A stretch of 64,000 nucleotides of DNA, from positions 4,544,001 through 4,608,000 of the forward strand of contig OY760937.1 of NCBI GenBank assembly GCA_963664225.1, in the 5' to 3' direction. This DNA comes from Verrucomicrobiia bacterium (GTDB taxonomy: Bacteria; Verrucomicrobiota; Verrucomicrobiia; Limisphaerales; UBA1319). Below are positions 47,385-57,546 of the stretch, piece by piece; the stretch's first letter is position 1; every line of letters starts with the position of its first letter. The position numbers and the translations under genes were made by a program. The notes below the pieces were generated by a model. The model was not told where the DNA came from and did no database searches. It saw only the letters and a list, made by a program, of their open reading frames with translations.

Positions 47385-47777
47385 ATGGATATCAGACTAT
47401 CAACGAGCGACGGAATCCCTGTTTACAGGCAAATCGCCAATCAGGTGAAATACCTGGTGGCCTCTGGACGGCTTCAACCGGGGCAGGAACTTCCTGCCAT
47501 TCGAACCTTGGCGGAAACGTTGGTGATAAATCCCAATACCGTGATTCATGCCTATGCGGAGTTGGAAAAGGATGGTGTGGTGGTAAGAAGACACGGATCG
47601 GGAACTTATATTGCTGAAACCGCCTTGAGCCAGCCTGCCAAAACGGCTGCAGAAAGCCTGACTCCAAAGATTGATTCTCTTCTGGCCGATTCGATGCACC
47701 TAAACCTGGACCTCAACGACCTCTTGCGAATCCTGCTGGAGCGTCACGCAATCCTCAAAAGTTCAAAAACAGAATAA
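47385..47777 (+). CDS. GntR family (YtrA subfamily) regulator
   Basis: PVYRQIA, LPAIRTLA..L.INPNTV.HAY.ELE..G......GSGTYI; short C-terminus; precedes ABC genes. Confidence 0.92.
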   Translation: MDIRLSTSDGIPVYRQIANQVKYLVASGRLQPGQELPAIRTLAETLVINPNTVIHAYAELEKDGVVVRRHGSGTYIAETALSQPAKTAAESLTPKIDSLLADSMHLNLDLNDLLRILLERHAILKSSKTE

Positions 47778-47782
47778 CCCTT

Positions 47783-48697
47783 ATGAACACAGATGGAATT
47801 ATCATTCGGATACAGGGAGTTACCCGCCGATACGGCAGCAAGCTGGCTTTGGATAACGTGAGTCTGAGCATCCCCCGTGGAATCGTTCTTGGTCTGGTCG
47901 GAGCGAATGGCGCAGGGAAGACGACTTTGATCAAACACATTCTCGGGTTGTTAAGGGCGCAGACGGGCAGTGTGAGAGTTATGGGCGAGGATCCGGTCAG
48001 GAATCCGGTGGCGGTATTGAGTCGGTTGGGCTACCTCTCCGAGGACCGGGATTTACCTCCATGGATGTCCGTATCCGAACTGCTGCGATACAGCAGGGCA
48101 TTTCGCGACCATTGGGATGAGGCATTCGCCGAGGAGTTGAGGCTAAAATTCCAACTTCAGGGAACGTCACTGGTCCGAAATCTATCCAAAGGGGAGCTGG
48201 CGAAGGCAGGCCTCATCGTCGCGCTGGCTCACAAACCGGATTTGCTGGTGCTTGACGAACCCAGTTCGGGCCTGGATCCAATCGTCCGGCGCGAAATGCT
48301 CGAGGCCGTGGTTCGCTCGGTGGCGGAGCAGGGCCGGACCGTTCTCTTTTCCTCGCACCTGCTGGATGAGATTGTGCGCGTTTCCGACCAGGTCGCCATG
48401 ATGGCTCATGGCAGGATATTGGTGCATGGCCCATTGAACGAGGTTCTGGAATCCCACCGGAGAATGGTGATCCGCCTTCAATCCAGGGAAACAAAGCCAT
48501 CGGAATTTCCCGGCGCGGTATCGGTGAGCGGCGGACCGGATGAATGGACGGTGATCTGCAACGGGAATCGCAATGATTTTGTCGCGTGCCTCCAGAAGAT
48601 GGGCGGAGAAGTTCTTGAGGAATCCGAGGCCACGTTTGACGAAATATTTTATGCAAGGGTGAATCAGGCCAGCGGACCTGTTGAACGCAACCGTTAA
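47783..48697 (+). CDS. ABC transporter ATP-binding protein (YtrB-like)
   Basis: GANGAGKTT, LSKGE, LDEPSSGLD, SSHLL. Confidence 0.92.
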   Translation: MNTDGIIIRIQGVTRRYGSKLALDNVSLSIPRGIVLGLVGANGAGKTTLIKHILGLLRAQTGSVRVMGEDPVRNPVAVLSRLGYLSEDRDLPPWMSVSELLRYSRAFRDHWDEAFAEELRLKFQLQGTSLVRNLSKGELAKAGLIVALAHKPDLLVLDEPSSGLDPIVRREMLEAVVRSVAEQGRTVLFSSHLLDEIVRVSDQVAMMAHGRILVHGPLNEVLESHRRMVIRLQSRETKPSEFPGAVSVSGGPDEWTVICNGNRNDFVACLQKMGGEVLEESEATFDEIFYARVNQASGPVERNR

Positions 48698-48715
48698 TCT
48701 CAACACCTTCCAAAT

Positions 48716-50308
48716 ATGTTTCGTTCTGTACGCGCATTGTTTTGGGAAATTCTGTGGAAGAACAGAATTGTGGCTCCTGCGCTTGTGGTTTTGTTCGGGA
48801 TAGGCGCGTGGATGATCTCGGCAGCGATCCGCGCCCATGCGGCAGGCCTGACCGACCAGGCCGATTATTATCCGCGCAGCATCGCCTTTCTGTCATTCCT
48901 GGCGTCCCTGTTCCTGATCTATGCCCCTTTCAATCTCATGGAAAGCCAGAGTGGCTGGCGCATGAATTCGATGATCACGCGGTGGTTTGCGCTGCCGGTG
49001 CGGACCTGGATATTGGTCGCGGTGCCTTTGGTTTTGGGATGTGTCTGCGTGGCGATTGTCGTGGGAGTGTGGTGGCTGCCATTGAAACAATACATTCCGC
49101 TCGATGTTCTTGAGCGAGTGCTGGCGGTGCTGTTTGCCTTAATGGCAGTGGTTCAAGCGGTGGCCTGGGCGACGCCGAGAAAGCCATGGCAGTTTTGGGT
49201 TTGCATGGTTCTCCTGGGGTATTCGGTTCTATGGGTTTTATTACAGCACGCACCCAAATGGGGAAAGGACCTGGAATCAAATCGGGTTCTCGCAGATGCA
49301 GGGATGGTCACACTGGCTGCCAGTTTTGTGGCCTACGGCTTTGCCCTGTTGACCCGGCGGGGAACCTGGCCCGGTTGTTTTCAGGCACCAAAACCCGGCG
49401 GATATTTTCACTGGAAAAGGACATTGCCAAAGCGCCTGGGAAGCGCCGGATCCGCCTTGTATTGGTCGGAATCCGTCCCTGTCTGGCGCTTCTTCGGTCT
49501 GGGTTGGCTGGGGATTGTCCTGTTGGCGGCGGTTGCCATCGGGCTAAAGTTCCACGATGGAAGCATCGCCCTCAGAATGGGGTATAAGTTCATTATCCTG
49601 ATGGTTTGTTACAATACCCTGCCGGTCCTGGCTTTAATCTGGCTTTCGCCAATGGCCATCGCCGCAGGCTGCACCTCGCCCGGGGTGTGCTGGACGCGGA
49701 TGAGTCCCTACCTGACGATGCAACCGATGGCGTCCGGGGCGTTTGTTCAGGCCAGACTCCTGGGTGTGTTCCTGGCGTGGATGATCGTCTGGGTGCCGTT
49801 TTTCATTTTTGGCCCGTTGTATCAAACGGTGCAGGACAATCCGGGGGACATGGTTACCTCCGCAAAGGTGTATTCGATGATTGGCTGGTTCATGGCGATC
49901 AGCGCGCACGCGGCGATTGGATGTCTGCCATTGTTCTTATGGGGCCGATTAGAGGGATTGCCGACATTGATCCTGGGCATGCTGGGTTCGTGTTTTGTCA
50001 CCTGGCAACTCGCAGGCTGGCTGCGAGGGGATGAGGAACACCAGGCGGCCCTGTGGATGGTTGGAAGTCTGCTTGCGGTAAAGATACTACTGTCTCTGGG
50101 GCTCCTGATTTACAGCCATCGGCAGCGACAAATCACCTGGAAGTTCGCGGTCACACTGCCGTTGGTTTGGTTGCTCATTGGCCTTGTCCTGGCCGGACTG
50201 TCCTGGCGTGATTTCGGCGTCGTCCGAGCCCTGGCTGTGCTGATATTGCTGCCTCTGGCCAGACCGGCCCTTTGTCCGCTGGCGGTTGCGCTGAATCGCC
50301 ATCGTTAA
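48716..50308 (+). CDS. Polytopic membrane protein, probable ABC permease (two fused halves)
   Basis: About 12 hydrophobic segments; ALFWE at the N-terminus and ALYWSE mid-protein; WFALPV / YLTMQPM motifs in each half. Confidence 0.65.
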   Translation: MFRSVRALFWEILWKNRIVAPALVVLFGIGAWMISAAIRAHAAGLTDQADYYPRSIAFLSFLASLFLIYAPFNLMESQSGWRMNSMITRWFALPVRTWILVAVPLVLGCVCVAIVVGVWWLPLKQYIPLDVLERVLAVLFALMAVVQAVAWATPRKPWQFWVCMVLLGYSVLWVLLQHAPKWGKDLESNRVLADAGMVTLAASFVAYGFALLTRRGTWPGCFQAPKPGGYFHWKRTLPKRLGSAGSALYWSESVPVWRFFGLGWLGIVLLAAVAIGLKFHDGSIALRMGYKFIILMVCYNTLPVLALIWLSPMAIAAGCTSPGVCWTRMSPYLTMQPMASGAFVQARLLGVFLAWMIVWVPFFIFGPLYQTVQDNPGDMVTSAKVYSMIGWFMAISAHAAIGCLPLFLWGRLEGLPTLILGMLGSCFVTWQLAGWLRGDEEHQAALWMVGSLLAVKILLSLGLLIYSHRQRQITWKFAVTLPLVWLLIGLVLAGLSWRDFGVVRALAVLILLPLARPALCPLAVALNRHR

Positions 50309-50361
50309 TAGCGGAATGCTGAACAAAACCAAATCCCGGATTTTCACATGAAAGGGGAACT

Positions 50362-52227
50362 ATGAACAAACACATCATCATTGCCTATTCATTACTGATA
50401 CTAACAGGAACCGCGATGGCCACCCCCAAAGATGAGGCGGTGTCCATACTGGACAAATACCTGGCACATGCCGGAGGGCGGGCTGCGGTGGAGAAGATCA
50501 AGACGGAGCGCATCAAGACGTCCGTGAAGGAACGGAATCAGGAACTGGAAGTGGAACTACAAATGCAGGTTCCTGACAAGGTTCTCTTTCAATTGACCGC
50601 GCCCAATGGAATGACCATCAGCATGGGGTTTGCGAGCAAGGGCACGGCGTGGCGCGATGAAGGGGATGGTCCAAGAGTCTTTGAAGGAGAGATGGCCGTT
50701 GGCATGTATCGGACCTTTTTCGGTTTGATGCCCGGAGCGCTATTGAGTCTCCAAACCAATGCCTGCCTTGAGAAGGCGGTGGTGGAAACAAACGGTGACG
50801 CATGCGTGATCAAAATCACGCCGGAATCCGGCAAGCTGATGGAACTGCAATTTGACAAGAGCGATGGCCGTTTGCTGGCGGTGGATCAGCATCAGTATGC
50901 GGATTACCGGGAGGTGGAAGGGGTCAAAGTCCCATTCTCCGTCAAAGACCAGAACGGCTTCTCTTTTGTCTTGAAAGAGGTCCGTTTCAATGTCGCTTTG
51001 GCGGAGTCCGAGTTTAAATCCGACATCTGGACTCAAACCGCGCCAGCAGCGGTGGAGCCCTATCAAACCCTGTCATCCGGGGCGGGTAAATTGGAGATTG
51101 TGCGGAAACCAAAACCGATGATCTTCAGGAAGAAACCGCTCACAGCATTGCCCCAGTACGATCCACAGAAACCGGATGCGTTTGCTGTGGATTTGCGGGG
51201 TTCGGATTGCTCCCAACTAAGCCTGGCTCATGAACAGTTGCAAAGCTTGTTGCATTCGACATTCGATAGCAAGACACGGTGGCCGAAAACGATGCCGGAG
51301 GGATTCGATCCAATGGCCGTGATGAAGCTGGGAATCAACCCGGGATTAAAAGTAAGAGAATTGCATCAACAGGGAATTACGGGGCGGGGCATTGGGATTG
51401 GGATCATCGATCAGACGCTCCTGGTGGATCATCAGGAGTACCGGGATCGCTTAAAATTGTATGAGGAAATTCATAATAGCACCCAGCCGGCGTTTGCCAT
51501 GATGCACGGGCCGGCAGTGGCATCGATAGCGGTTGGAAAGACGGTGGGGGTCGCTCCTGAGGCGGATTTGTATTACATCGCCGAGACGCATGGCACCAGC
51601 CCAAAGGAAGGGCGTTTTGAGTGGGACTTCACCTGGGTTGCAAAAAGCATCGATCGTTTGTTGGAGATCAACAAGACGCTGCCCGCCGATAAAAAGATCC
51701 GGGTCATTTCCATATCGGTGGGCTGGTCCAAGGGGCAGACTGGATACGAGGAAGCCAGTGCCGCTGTGAAACGGGCGGAAGCGGAAAATGTTTTTGTGAT
51801 TTCGACCAGTCTGCAGGAAACGCATGGGCTCCATTTCCACGGACTTGGGCGTGATCCCAACAAGAACCCTGATTTGAACGCCTCGTTCACCGCTGGATCC
51901 TGGTGGGCGGATGGCTTTTTCTCCGGCAGGCAATCAATCGATCCTGCCAAATATCTACTGGTTCCCATGGACGCACGGGCGGTTGCGAGCCCAAGTGGAG
52001 CGGAGGATTATGCATTCTACGGGGATGGCGGTTGGAGTTGGTCCGTGCCCTATATTGCAGGATTATATGCGCTGACGTGCCAGGTGGAGCCCACGATGAC
52101 TCCGAAACGGTTTTGGGATGTGGCCGTTAACACCGGCGATACAATTACTGTGGAACGCGATGGCACCAAAATGAAATTGGGATCGATTGTCAACCCGGTC
52201 GCCCTGATCGAGAAAATCAAAAAGTGA
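50362..52227 (+). CDS. Secreted S8 (subtilisin-like) peptidase with N-terminal accessory domain
   Basis: GITGRGIGIGIIDQ (Asp), MHGPAVASIAVG (His), GVAPEADL, GGWSWSVPYIAG (Ser). Confidence 0.82.
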   Translation: MNKHIIIAYSLLILTGTAMATPKDEAVSILDKYLAHAGGRAAVEKIKTERIKTSVKERNQELEVELQMQVPDKVLFQLTAPNGMTISMGFASKGTAWRDEGDGPRVFEGEMAVGMYRTFFGLMPGALLSLQTNACLEKAVVETNGDACVIKITPESGKLMELQFDKSDGRLLAVDQHQYADYREVEGVKVPFSVKDQNGFSFVLKEVRFNVALAESEFKSDIWTQTAPAAVEPYQTLSSGAGKLEIVRKPKPMIFRKKPLTALPQYDPQKPDAFAVDLRGSDCSQLSLAHEQLQSLLHSTFDSKTRWPKTMPEGFDPMAVMKLGINPGLKVRELHQQGITGRGIGIGIIDQTLLVDHQEYRDRLKLYEEIHNSTQPAFAMMHGPAVASIAVGKTVGVAPEADLYYIAETHGTSPKEGRFEWDFTWVAKSIDRLLEINKTLPADKKIRVISISVGWSKGQTGYEEASAAVKRAEAENVFVISTSLQETHGLHFHGLGRDPNKNPDLNASFTAGSWWADGFFSGRQSIDPAKYLLVPMDARAVASPSGAEDYAFYGDGGWSWSVPYIAGLYALTCQVEPTMTPKRFWDVAVNTGDTITVERDGTKMKLGSIVNPVALIEKIKK

Positions 52228-52294
52228 GGGAGGGCGTTACTGATGCGCCTTATTCCGAGTTTGACCCACACCCGTGGAGCCTTAGTCTTGGCGC

Positions 52295-53338
52295 ATGAAT
52301 AAAAACGCCAGTCCGCTCTCATGGGTGGTTCTTGCCGCATTCCTGACTTGTTCCGTGGGAGAGATGCGAGGGGAAGCCAATGCGGTGTCCACGGGTGGAG
52401 CGGATCAGAAGAGTGAGATCGGGGTGTTGGACTTTCTGAAAAGCATCAGCGGGAAACAGATTGTCGCGGGGATTCACAACCGGGAGCCAAACCGGAAACC
52501 GGCTGTGCAAACGGATCATATTTTCAAAGTGGTGGGACGTTATCCGGGACTTTGGAGCGGGGATTTTCTTTTCAAGGCCGAGGATGTGACGAACCGCTGG
52601 ACCATGATCCGGGAGTGCAAGAAGCAGTGGGACGAGGGGGCGATTGTTCAGTTGATGCTGCATGTGGCACCGCCGGATCAACCGGAAGATTGTCAATGGA
52701 AGGGCGGGGTGTTAAGCCATTACAGCGATGCGCAATGGAAGGATCTGGTGACGGATGGGGGCAACCTCAACCAGGCGTGGAAGACCCGGCTCGATGGATA
52801 CGCCGTTTATCTGGATTACCTGAAAACCAATCATGTGCAGGTGTTGTTCCGTCCGCATCATGAGATGAATCAGGGTGGATTTTGGTGGGGCGGACGAAAG
52901 GGTCCTGAAGGGACGGCGAAGTTGTACCGGATCACGCACGATTACCTGGTGAAGGAAAAAGGGCTGACCAATCTGATCTGGGTGTGGGACATGCAGGATA
53001 TGAGCCGGGATTTTGCGGAGTATAATCCGGGCGACCATTACTGGGATATCTTTGCGTTCGATGTTTATGGACCGGGCTATGAGCAGGGCTGGTATGATTA
53101 CATTGTGCCGATTGTGGGCAATAAACCGATGGCCATTGGGGAATGTGAGAAGCTGCCCACGCCCCGGCAATTGAAGGCACAGCCGCGCTGGTGCTTCTTC
53201 ATGAGTTGGGCCGAGCTGACGTTTGGAAAAAATTCGGACCAGCAGATTCTTGATTTGTATCAGGCTCCGAGCGTGATCACGCGAGAACAATTGCCGAAAT
53301 TCAGCCACACACAAGGTCAACCCGATTCAGCCCGTTAA
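52295..53338 (+). CDS. GH26 glycoside hydrolase (mannanase-like)
   Basis: VLFRPHHEMNQGGFWWG, TNLIWVW, YNPGD.YWDI.AFDVY, KPMAIGE, FFMSW. Confidence 0.9.
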   Translation: MNKNASPLSWVVLAAFLTCSVGEMRGEANAVSTGGADQKSEIGVLDFLKSISGKQIVAGIHNREPNRKPAVQTDHIFKVVGRYPGLWSGDFLFKAEDVTNRWTMIRECKKQWDEGAIVQLMLHVAPPDQPEDCQWKGGVLSHYSDAQWKDLVTDGGNLNQAWKTRLDGYAVYLDYLKTNHVQVLFRPHHEMNQGGFWWGGRKGPEGTAKLYRITHDYLVKEKGLTNLIWVWDMQDMSRDFAEYNPGDHYWDIFAFDVYGPGYEQGWYDYIVPIVGNKPMAIGECEKLPTPRQLKAQPRWCFFMSWAELTFGKNSDQQILDLYQAPSVITREQLPKFSHTQGQPDSAR

Positions 53339-53342
53339 ACCA

Positions 53343-55700
53343 ATGAAAACGCGCCTCTTGTTTCTGAGTGGGATGTTCGTGGCCGCCGCCGTAATCGCCA
53401 GTCCAAGGTCCATTCCTCAACCGCTGCCGAATCATCCTGGCAATGTATTTACAGCCGGAGAAACCGTTGTGGTCTCGTTGTCGAATGCCAGTCCGTGGCG
53501 GTTGGTCGATTACGATTCCAAAACGATCGCGGAAGGGGAGGGTGACAAAGCCGGGTTGGGCCGGTTGTCCACAGGGTATTACGAGTTGCGAGGGGTGGTC
53601 GATGGCAAGGCGTCGAAGACGCTCACGACCATTGGAGTGGTGGAGCCGCTTCGCGCTCCCACATCAGTGACCTCCCCCATCGGTATTGACGTGGCGATGG
53701 CATGGTTTTACACCGGGGAACGGATGGAACAATCCGCGAGTCTATGCGCGCTGGCAGGTGTCAACTGGGTGCGCGACCGGCTGCGCTGGGATGAAATGGA
53801 ACCGGAGAAGGGCCGTTTCGCGCCCGCCAACAAATACGACGACACGGCCCGGATACAATCCAACGCGGGCTTGCGCGTTCTGCAAGTTCATCACGGAAGT
53901 CCCACATGGGCCACCAAGACCCCTCAACACCAGCCACCGGATTTGCGGGATGCCTATGATTTCATGCGCGAGATGGCGCTGCGATGGAAGGGGCGGGTGG
54001 TGGCGTTCGAACCATGGAATGAAGGCGATATTGAGATGTTTGGGGGACACATGGGCGTTGAAATGGCCGCGCTTCAAAAAGCTTCCTTTCTCGGCCTAAA
54101 GGCCGGTAACCCGGATGTGATTGTCTGCCAAAACGTCTTTGCCCTGGCCCAGCCCAATATCCTGGCAGATCTGGACGCCAACGTTGCCTGGCCTTACTTT
54201 GACACTTTCAATTTCCACCATTATTGCCTCCCGGATAATTATCCCAACGTTTACGCGGCGTTTCGTCCTTTCACGGCGGGTAAACAGATGTGGGTCACTG
54301 AATTTAACGCCCCTGTTCATTGGGCCGGAGACGCACAGGAACCCAACGATTCCGATTTGCGGGTCCAGGCAGAACGCGTGCCCGAGGTCTTCGCCGCGTC
54401 TCTTCACGAAGGCCCGGCAGCAGCCTTCTATTTCATGCTGCCACATTATTGTGAAGGTGAAACCCAGTTCGGCATCCTGCATAAAGACTTGACCCCGCGG
54501 CCTGCCTACCTGGCCCTGGCCGCTGTGGGTCGTCTTCTGGCCGACGCCCATCCGTTGGGCAAAATGCCGACCGCCGCGAACACGCGCGCCTATGTTTTCC
54601 GCGCCTGCCCGGACGGATGCGAAAGCGATGTCCTGGTGGCCTGGACCACCGAAGGTGAGTCGATTTTGGAAATTCCGACGGATCCATCCGCCCTTTACGA
54701 TCACCTCGGCCGCGCGAAATTCCAGGTGCGGGGAGAACCCAAAACGGCTTTAAAGATCGGCCCCGCCCCTGTGTTTGCTGTGTTCAATAAGAACGCTTTC
54801 TCCAGCGTGGCGCTGCAGAGTGCCCCCCTGCCGTCGGTGCTCAAAACCGAAAAGCCGTCTCCCATCGTTCTGCAAGTGTTGGTTCCGCAGGAAAAGACCT
54901 CCCTGAGCCTCTCCGCCTGTCAGGTTTCCTCCGAAAAACCCGATGCCCTCAGGGTTTTCGCCTATAATTTCGGAGATCGCAAATTTACAGGCCGTTTTTC
55001 AGTGAACGCCCCGGTTGGTTGGACGGTTCAGTTTCCAAGCCGGGTGGAACTGGCGCCCGGAGAACGAAAAGAGCTGCCTTTGACTGTTGATAGTCACTCT
55101 GGCAGCACGGCCCTTGTGGAGACCATTCGAATCCAGGGAAATTTTGGGGATGCCGGAAAGCCTGTCCTTTCGGTGCGCGTGACGCCCACTCCGTTCAAGC
55201 TGCGCGAGGGACAGGCCCTGAACCTGCCTTCCTCTTCGAACCAAAGCCGCTGGCAACCGCTCAATTCCGGCGGCAGCGAGATGGTTCTCACCAACTCGGG
55301 CAACGCCATTCTGGTCAGAGCGAAATTAAACCCCGGCGACCGCTGGGTGTATCCGATACTGACTCTGAACAAGAATGAACGACCCGCGGCGGATTTCGAC
55401 GCCTTTGTCGTCAAGCTCACTGCATTGGAAGGCGAGGGCACGTACCGCGCCATCATGGACGAGGAAAACGGCAGCAGTTACGCGATTGATTTGCTCCCCC
55501 AGCCAAAGCCGGGGGAGACCGTGGAGGCCATTGCTGTGCTATCCACCGGCGTTTATGGCCAGGGCTGGTCCAAGCCTGATGACAATGGAAAACTGGACCC
55601 GGATAAAATCAAGAGCCTTAAAATCGGATGCAGTCTGAAAGGTGAGTTCGTGAAATTTAGTTTCAAAAACCTCCGCTGGGTGAAAACCACATTGCCATAA
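53343..55700 (+). CDS. Secreted clan GH-A-like glycoside hydrolase (GH39/GH5-like) with C-terminal beta domains
   Basis: GVNWVRD..RWDEMEPEKG, FEPWNE (acid/base), NFHHY, MWVTE (nucleophile), FGILHKDLTPRPAY. Confidence 0.65.
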   Translation: MKTRLLFLSGMFVAAAVIASPRSIPQPLPNHPGNVFTAGETVVVSLSNASPWRLVDYDSKTIAEGEGDKAGLGRLSTGYYELRGVVDGKASKTLTTIGVVEPLRAPTSVTSPIGIDVAMAWFYTGERMEQSASLCALAGVNWVRDRLRWDEMEPEKGRFAPANKYDDTARIQSNAGLRVLQVHHGSPTWATKTPQHQPPDLRDAYDFMREMALRWKGRVVAFEPWNEGDIEMFGGHMGVEMAALQKASFLGLKAGNPDVIVCQNVFALAQPNILADLDANVAWPYFDTFNFHHYCLPDNYPNVYAAFRPFTAGKQMWVTEFNAPVHWAGDAQEPNDSDLRVQAERVPEVFAASLHEGPAAAFYFMLPHYCEGETQFGILHKDLTPRPAYLALAAVGRLLADAHPLGKMPTAANTRAYVFRACPDGCESDVLVAWTTEGESILEIPTDPSALYDHLGRAKFQVRGEPKTALKIGPAPVFAVFNKNAFSSVALQSAPLPSVLKTEKPSPIVLQVLVPQEKTSLSLSACQVSSEKPDALRVFAYNFGDRKFTGRFSVNAPVGWTVQFPSRVELAPGERKELPLTVDSHSGSTALVETIRIQGNFGDAGKPVLSVRVTPTPFKLREGQALNLPSSSNQSRWQPLNSGGSEMVLTNSGNAILVRAKLNPGDRWVYPILTLNKNERPAADFDAFVVKLTALEGEGTYRAIMDEENGSSYAIDLLPQPKPGETVEAIAVLSTGVYGQGWSKPDDNGKLDPDKIKSLKIGCSLKGEFVKFSFKNLRWVKTTLP

Positions 55701-55804
55701 AGAAGAACGAGGTGGTTCGAGCTGCACCTTGTCGCCCGGCCAAAAGAGGATTGCCGATATTTTTTGCAAAATGTCCGCTTATGACTACCTTTTGGATGAT
55801 TTAA

Positions 55805-56647
55805 ATGAAAATGATCAATGCAATCGAGGCGGAAAGCGGGCTCAAGGCGATGACTGAGAGGCCCTCCGCAGCGCCCATTATGCAGGACAAGCAAAGCGAG
55901 CGAGATCACCGGCAACTGCGGATCGATCAGGTGGGGGTGCGGGGGTTGCGCTTTCCGATTCAGGTGCTGGACAAGGCGCGGGTATCCCAAAATACGATTG
56001 CGACGATTGGAATGTATGTCGATCTGCCCAAGGAATTTAAGGGGACCCACATGAGCCGGTTTCTGGAGGTTCTCAATGCACACGGCAACGTGATTCATGT
56101 GGATTGCCTGGCGGATATTTTGCACGCGATGCAGGCGCGGCTGAAGTCCGAAACGGCGCGTCTGGAGATGGAATTTCCCTATTTCATGGTAAAGAAGGCG
56201 CCGGTCACCGGTTTGGAAGGGATGATGGATTATACGGCACGGTTTGACGCGACGGCTTGCGGGCATGATATTGATTTCGTTCTTACGGTCATGGCCAATG
56301 TGACGACGTTGTGCCCGTGTTCGAAGGCGATCAGCAAGCACGGGGCGCACAATCAGCGTGGGACGGTCAAAGTGGCGTTGCGTTCGCGCCAGGCGGTCTG
56401 GATAGAGGATGTGATTGCGATGGTGGAGGGATCCGCAAGCAGCGAGCTTTATTCGTTATTGAAGAGGGCGGACGAAAAGGCGGTCACGGAGCGGGCGTAT
56501 GAGAATCCGGTGTTTGTGGAGGATTTGGTTCGCAATGTGGCGTTGCGGCTGAATGCGCATCCGGATGTGACGTGGTACAAGGTGGAGGCGGAAAATCAGG
56601 AGAGCATTCACAATCATAATGCGTATGCGTGCATTGAAAAAGGTTGA
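55805..56647 (+). CDS. folE2: GTP cyclohydrolase IB
   Basis: IDQVGV, KGTHMSRF, TTLCPCSK, AHNQR, LLKRADEK.VTE.AYENP.FVED, ESIHNHNA. Start uncertain. Confidence 0.93.
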   Translation: MKMINAIEAESGLKAMTERPSAAPIMQDKQSERDHRQLRIDQVGVRGLRFPIQVLDKARVSQNTIATIGMYVDLPKEFKGTHMSRFLEVLNAHGNVIHVDCLADILHAMQARLKSETARLEMEFPYFMVKKAPVTGLEGMMDYTARFDATACGHDIDFVLTVMANVTTLCPCSKAISKHGAHNQRGTVKVALRSRQAVWIEDVIAMVEGSASSELYSLLKRADEKAVTERAYENPVFVEDLVRNVALRLNAHPDVTWYKVEAENQESIHNHNAYACIEKG

Positions 56648-56758
56648 AGATTTTTGTGGCGCTTAAGAATGGCTTTGATAGATTCTGCGTTTCACGGACG
56701 GCAAGGCCGTAGGTTGTGGCCAAAAAAAGCAAAAACAGGTAATCGTATTAATTGAGTT

Positions 56759-57352
56759 GTGACAGCGAAAAAAAACATCGTTAAAAAACCGGTTGCGGCG
56801 CCTGAGGCGCGCGGTAAATCGATGGGATCTGCCACATTAGCGTCGATTCTGGGGCGGACGGCACCCAGTCAGGCGCATTGGACTCCATCTGACAACGTGA
56901 AGCCCGAGTGGGAGAAGTTTTACCGTATTTTGCTGGATTTGCGCGAGCGATTGCTTGGGCAGATGAGCGGTCTGGCCAAGGAATCCGCCGAGGAAATCAG
57001 CGGTTACAGCCTGCACATGGCCGATTCTGGAACAGATAATTTCGATCGTGATTTCGCGCTGAGCCTGCTATCGTCGGATCAAGACGCGATTTACGAGATT
57101 GAAGAGGCCCTTAAACGCATCCAGAGGGGGACGTATGGGCTATGCGAATTGTCCGGCAAGCCGATTCCCAAGGCGCGCCTGGAGGCAATTCCCTGGACGC
57201 GGTTCACAGTGGAATCGCAGTCGCAGTTGGAGAAGGAAGGGGCGCTAAAACAGCGTCGCCTGGGAGCCTTGGGGACCGTGGATAACGCCGGAGTGTCTGA
57301 AGTTGAAGAAGAGGACGAGGTGGAGGAGAAGCCATCCAAGGAAAAAGAATAA
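56759..57352 (+). CDS. TraR/DksA family protein with degenerate zinc finger
   Basis: HMADSGTD, EIEEALKRI..GTYGLCELSGKPIPKARLEAIPWTRFT; only one Cys. Confidence 0.88.
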   Translation: MTAKKNIVKKPVAAPEARGKSMGSATLASILGRTAPSQAHWTPSDNVKPEWEKFYRILLDLRERLLGQMSGLAKESAEEISGYSLHMADSGTDNFDRDFALSLLSSDQDAIYEIEEALKRIQRGTYGLCELSGKPIPKARLEAIPWTRFTVESQSQLEKEGALKQRRLGALGTVDNAGVSEVEEEDEVEEKPSKEKE

Positions 57353-57375
57353 CGGTTTTTTAACACTAAACTTTT

Positions 57376-57543
57376 ATGGCCCGAGAAACTGTAACATTGG
57401 AATGCACGGAAGCGCGAAAAGAGGGTAAACCCCCGTCACGCTATTTGACGTCACGCAACAAAAAGTTGAAGACGGAAAAGATCGAGATCAAGAAATATAA
57501 TCCGTTTTTGCGCCGTCACACGGTGCATCGGGAAATCAAGTAA
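57376..57543 (+). CDS. rpmG: 50S ribosomal protein L33 (not in ORF track)
   Basis: Translated by hand: [55 protein letters not shown]. Confidence 0.95.
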   Translation: MARETVTLECTEARKEGKPPSRYLTSRNKKLKTEKIEIKKYNPFLRRHTVHREIK

Positions 57544-57546
57544 GTT

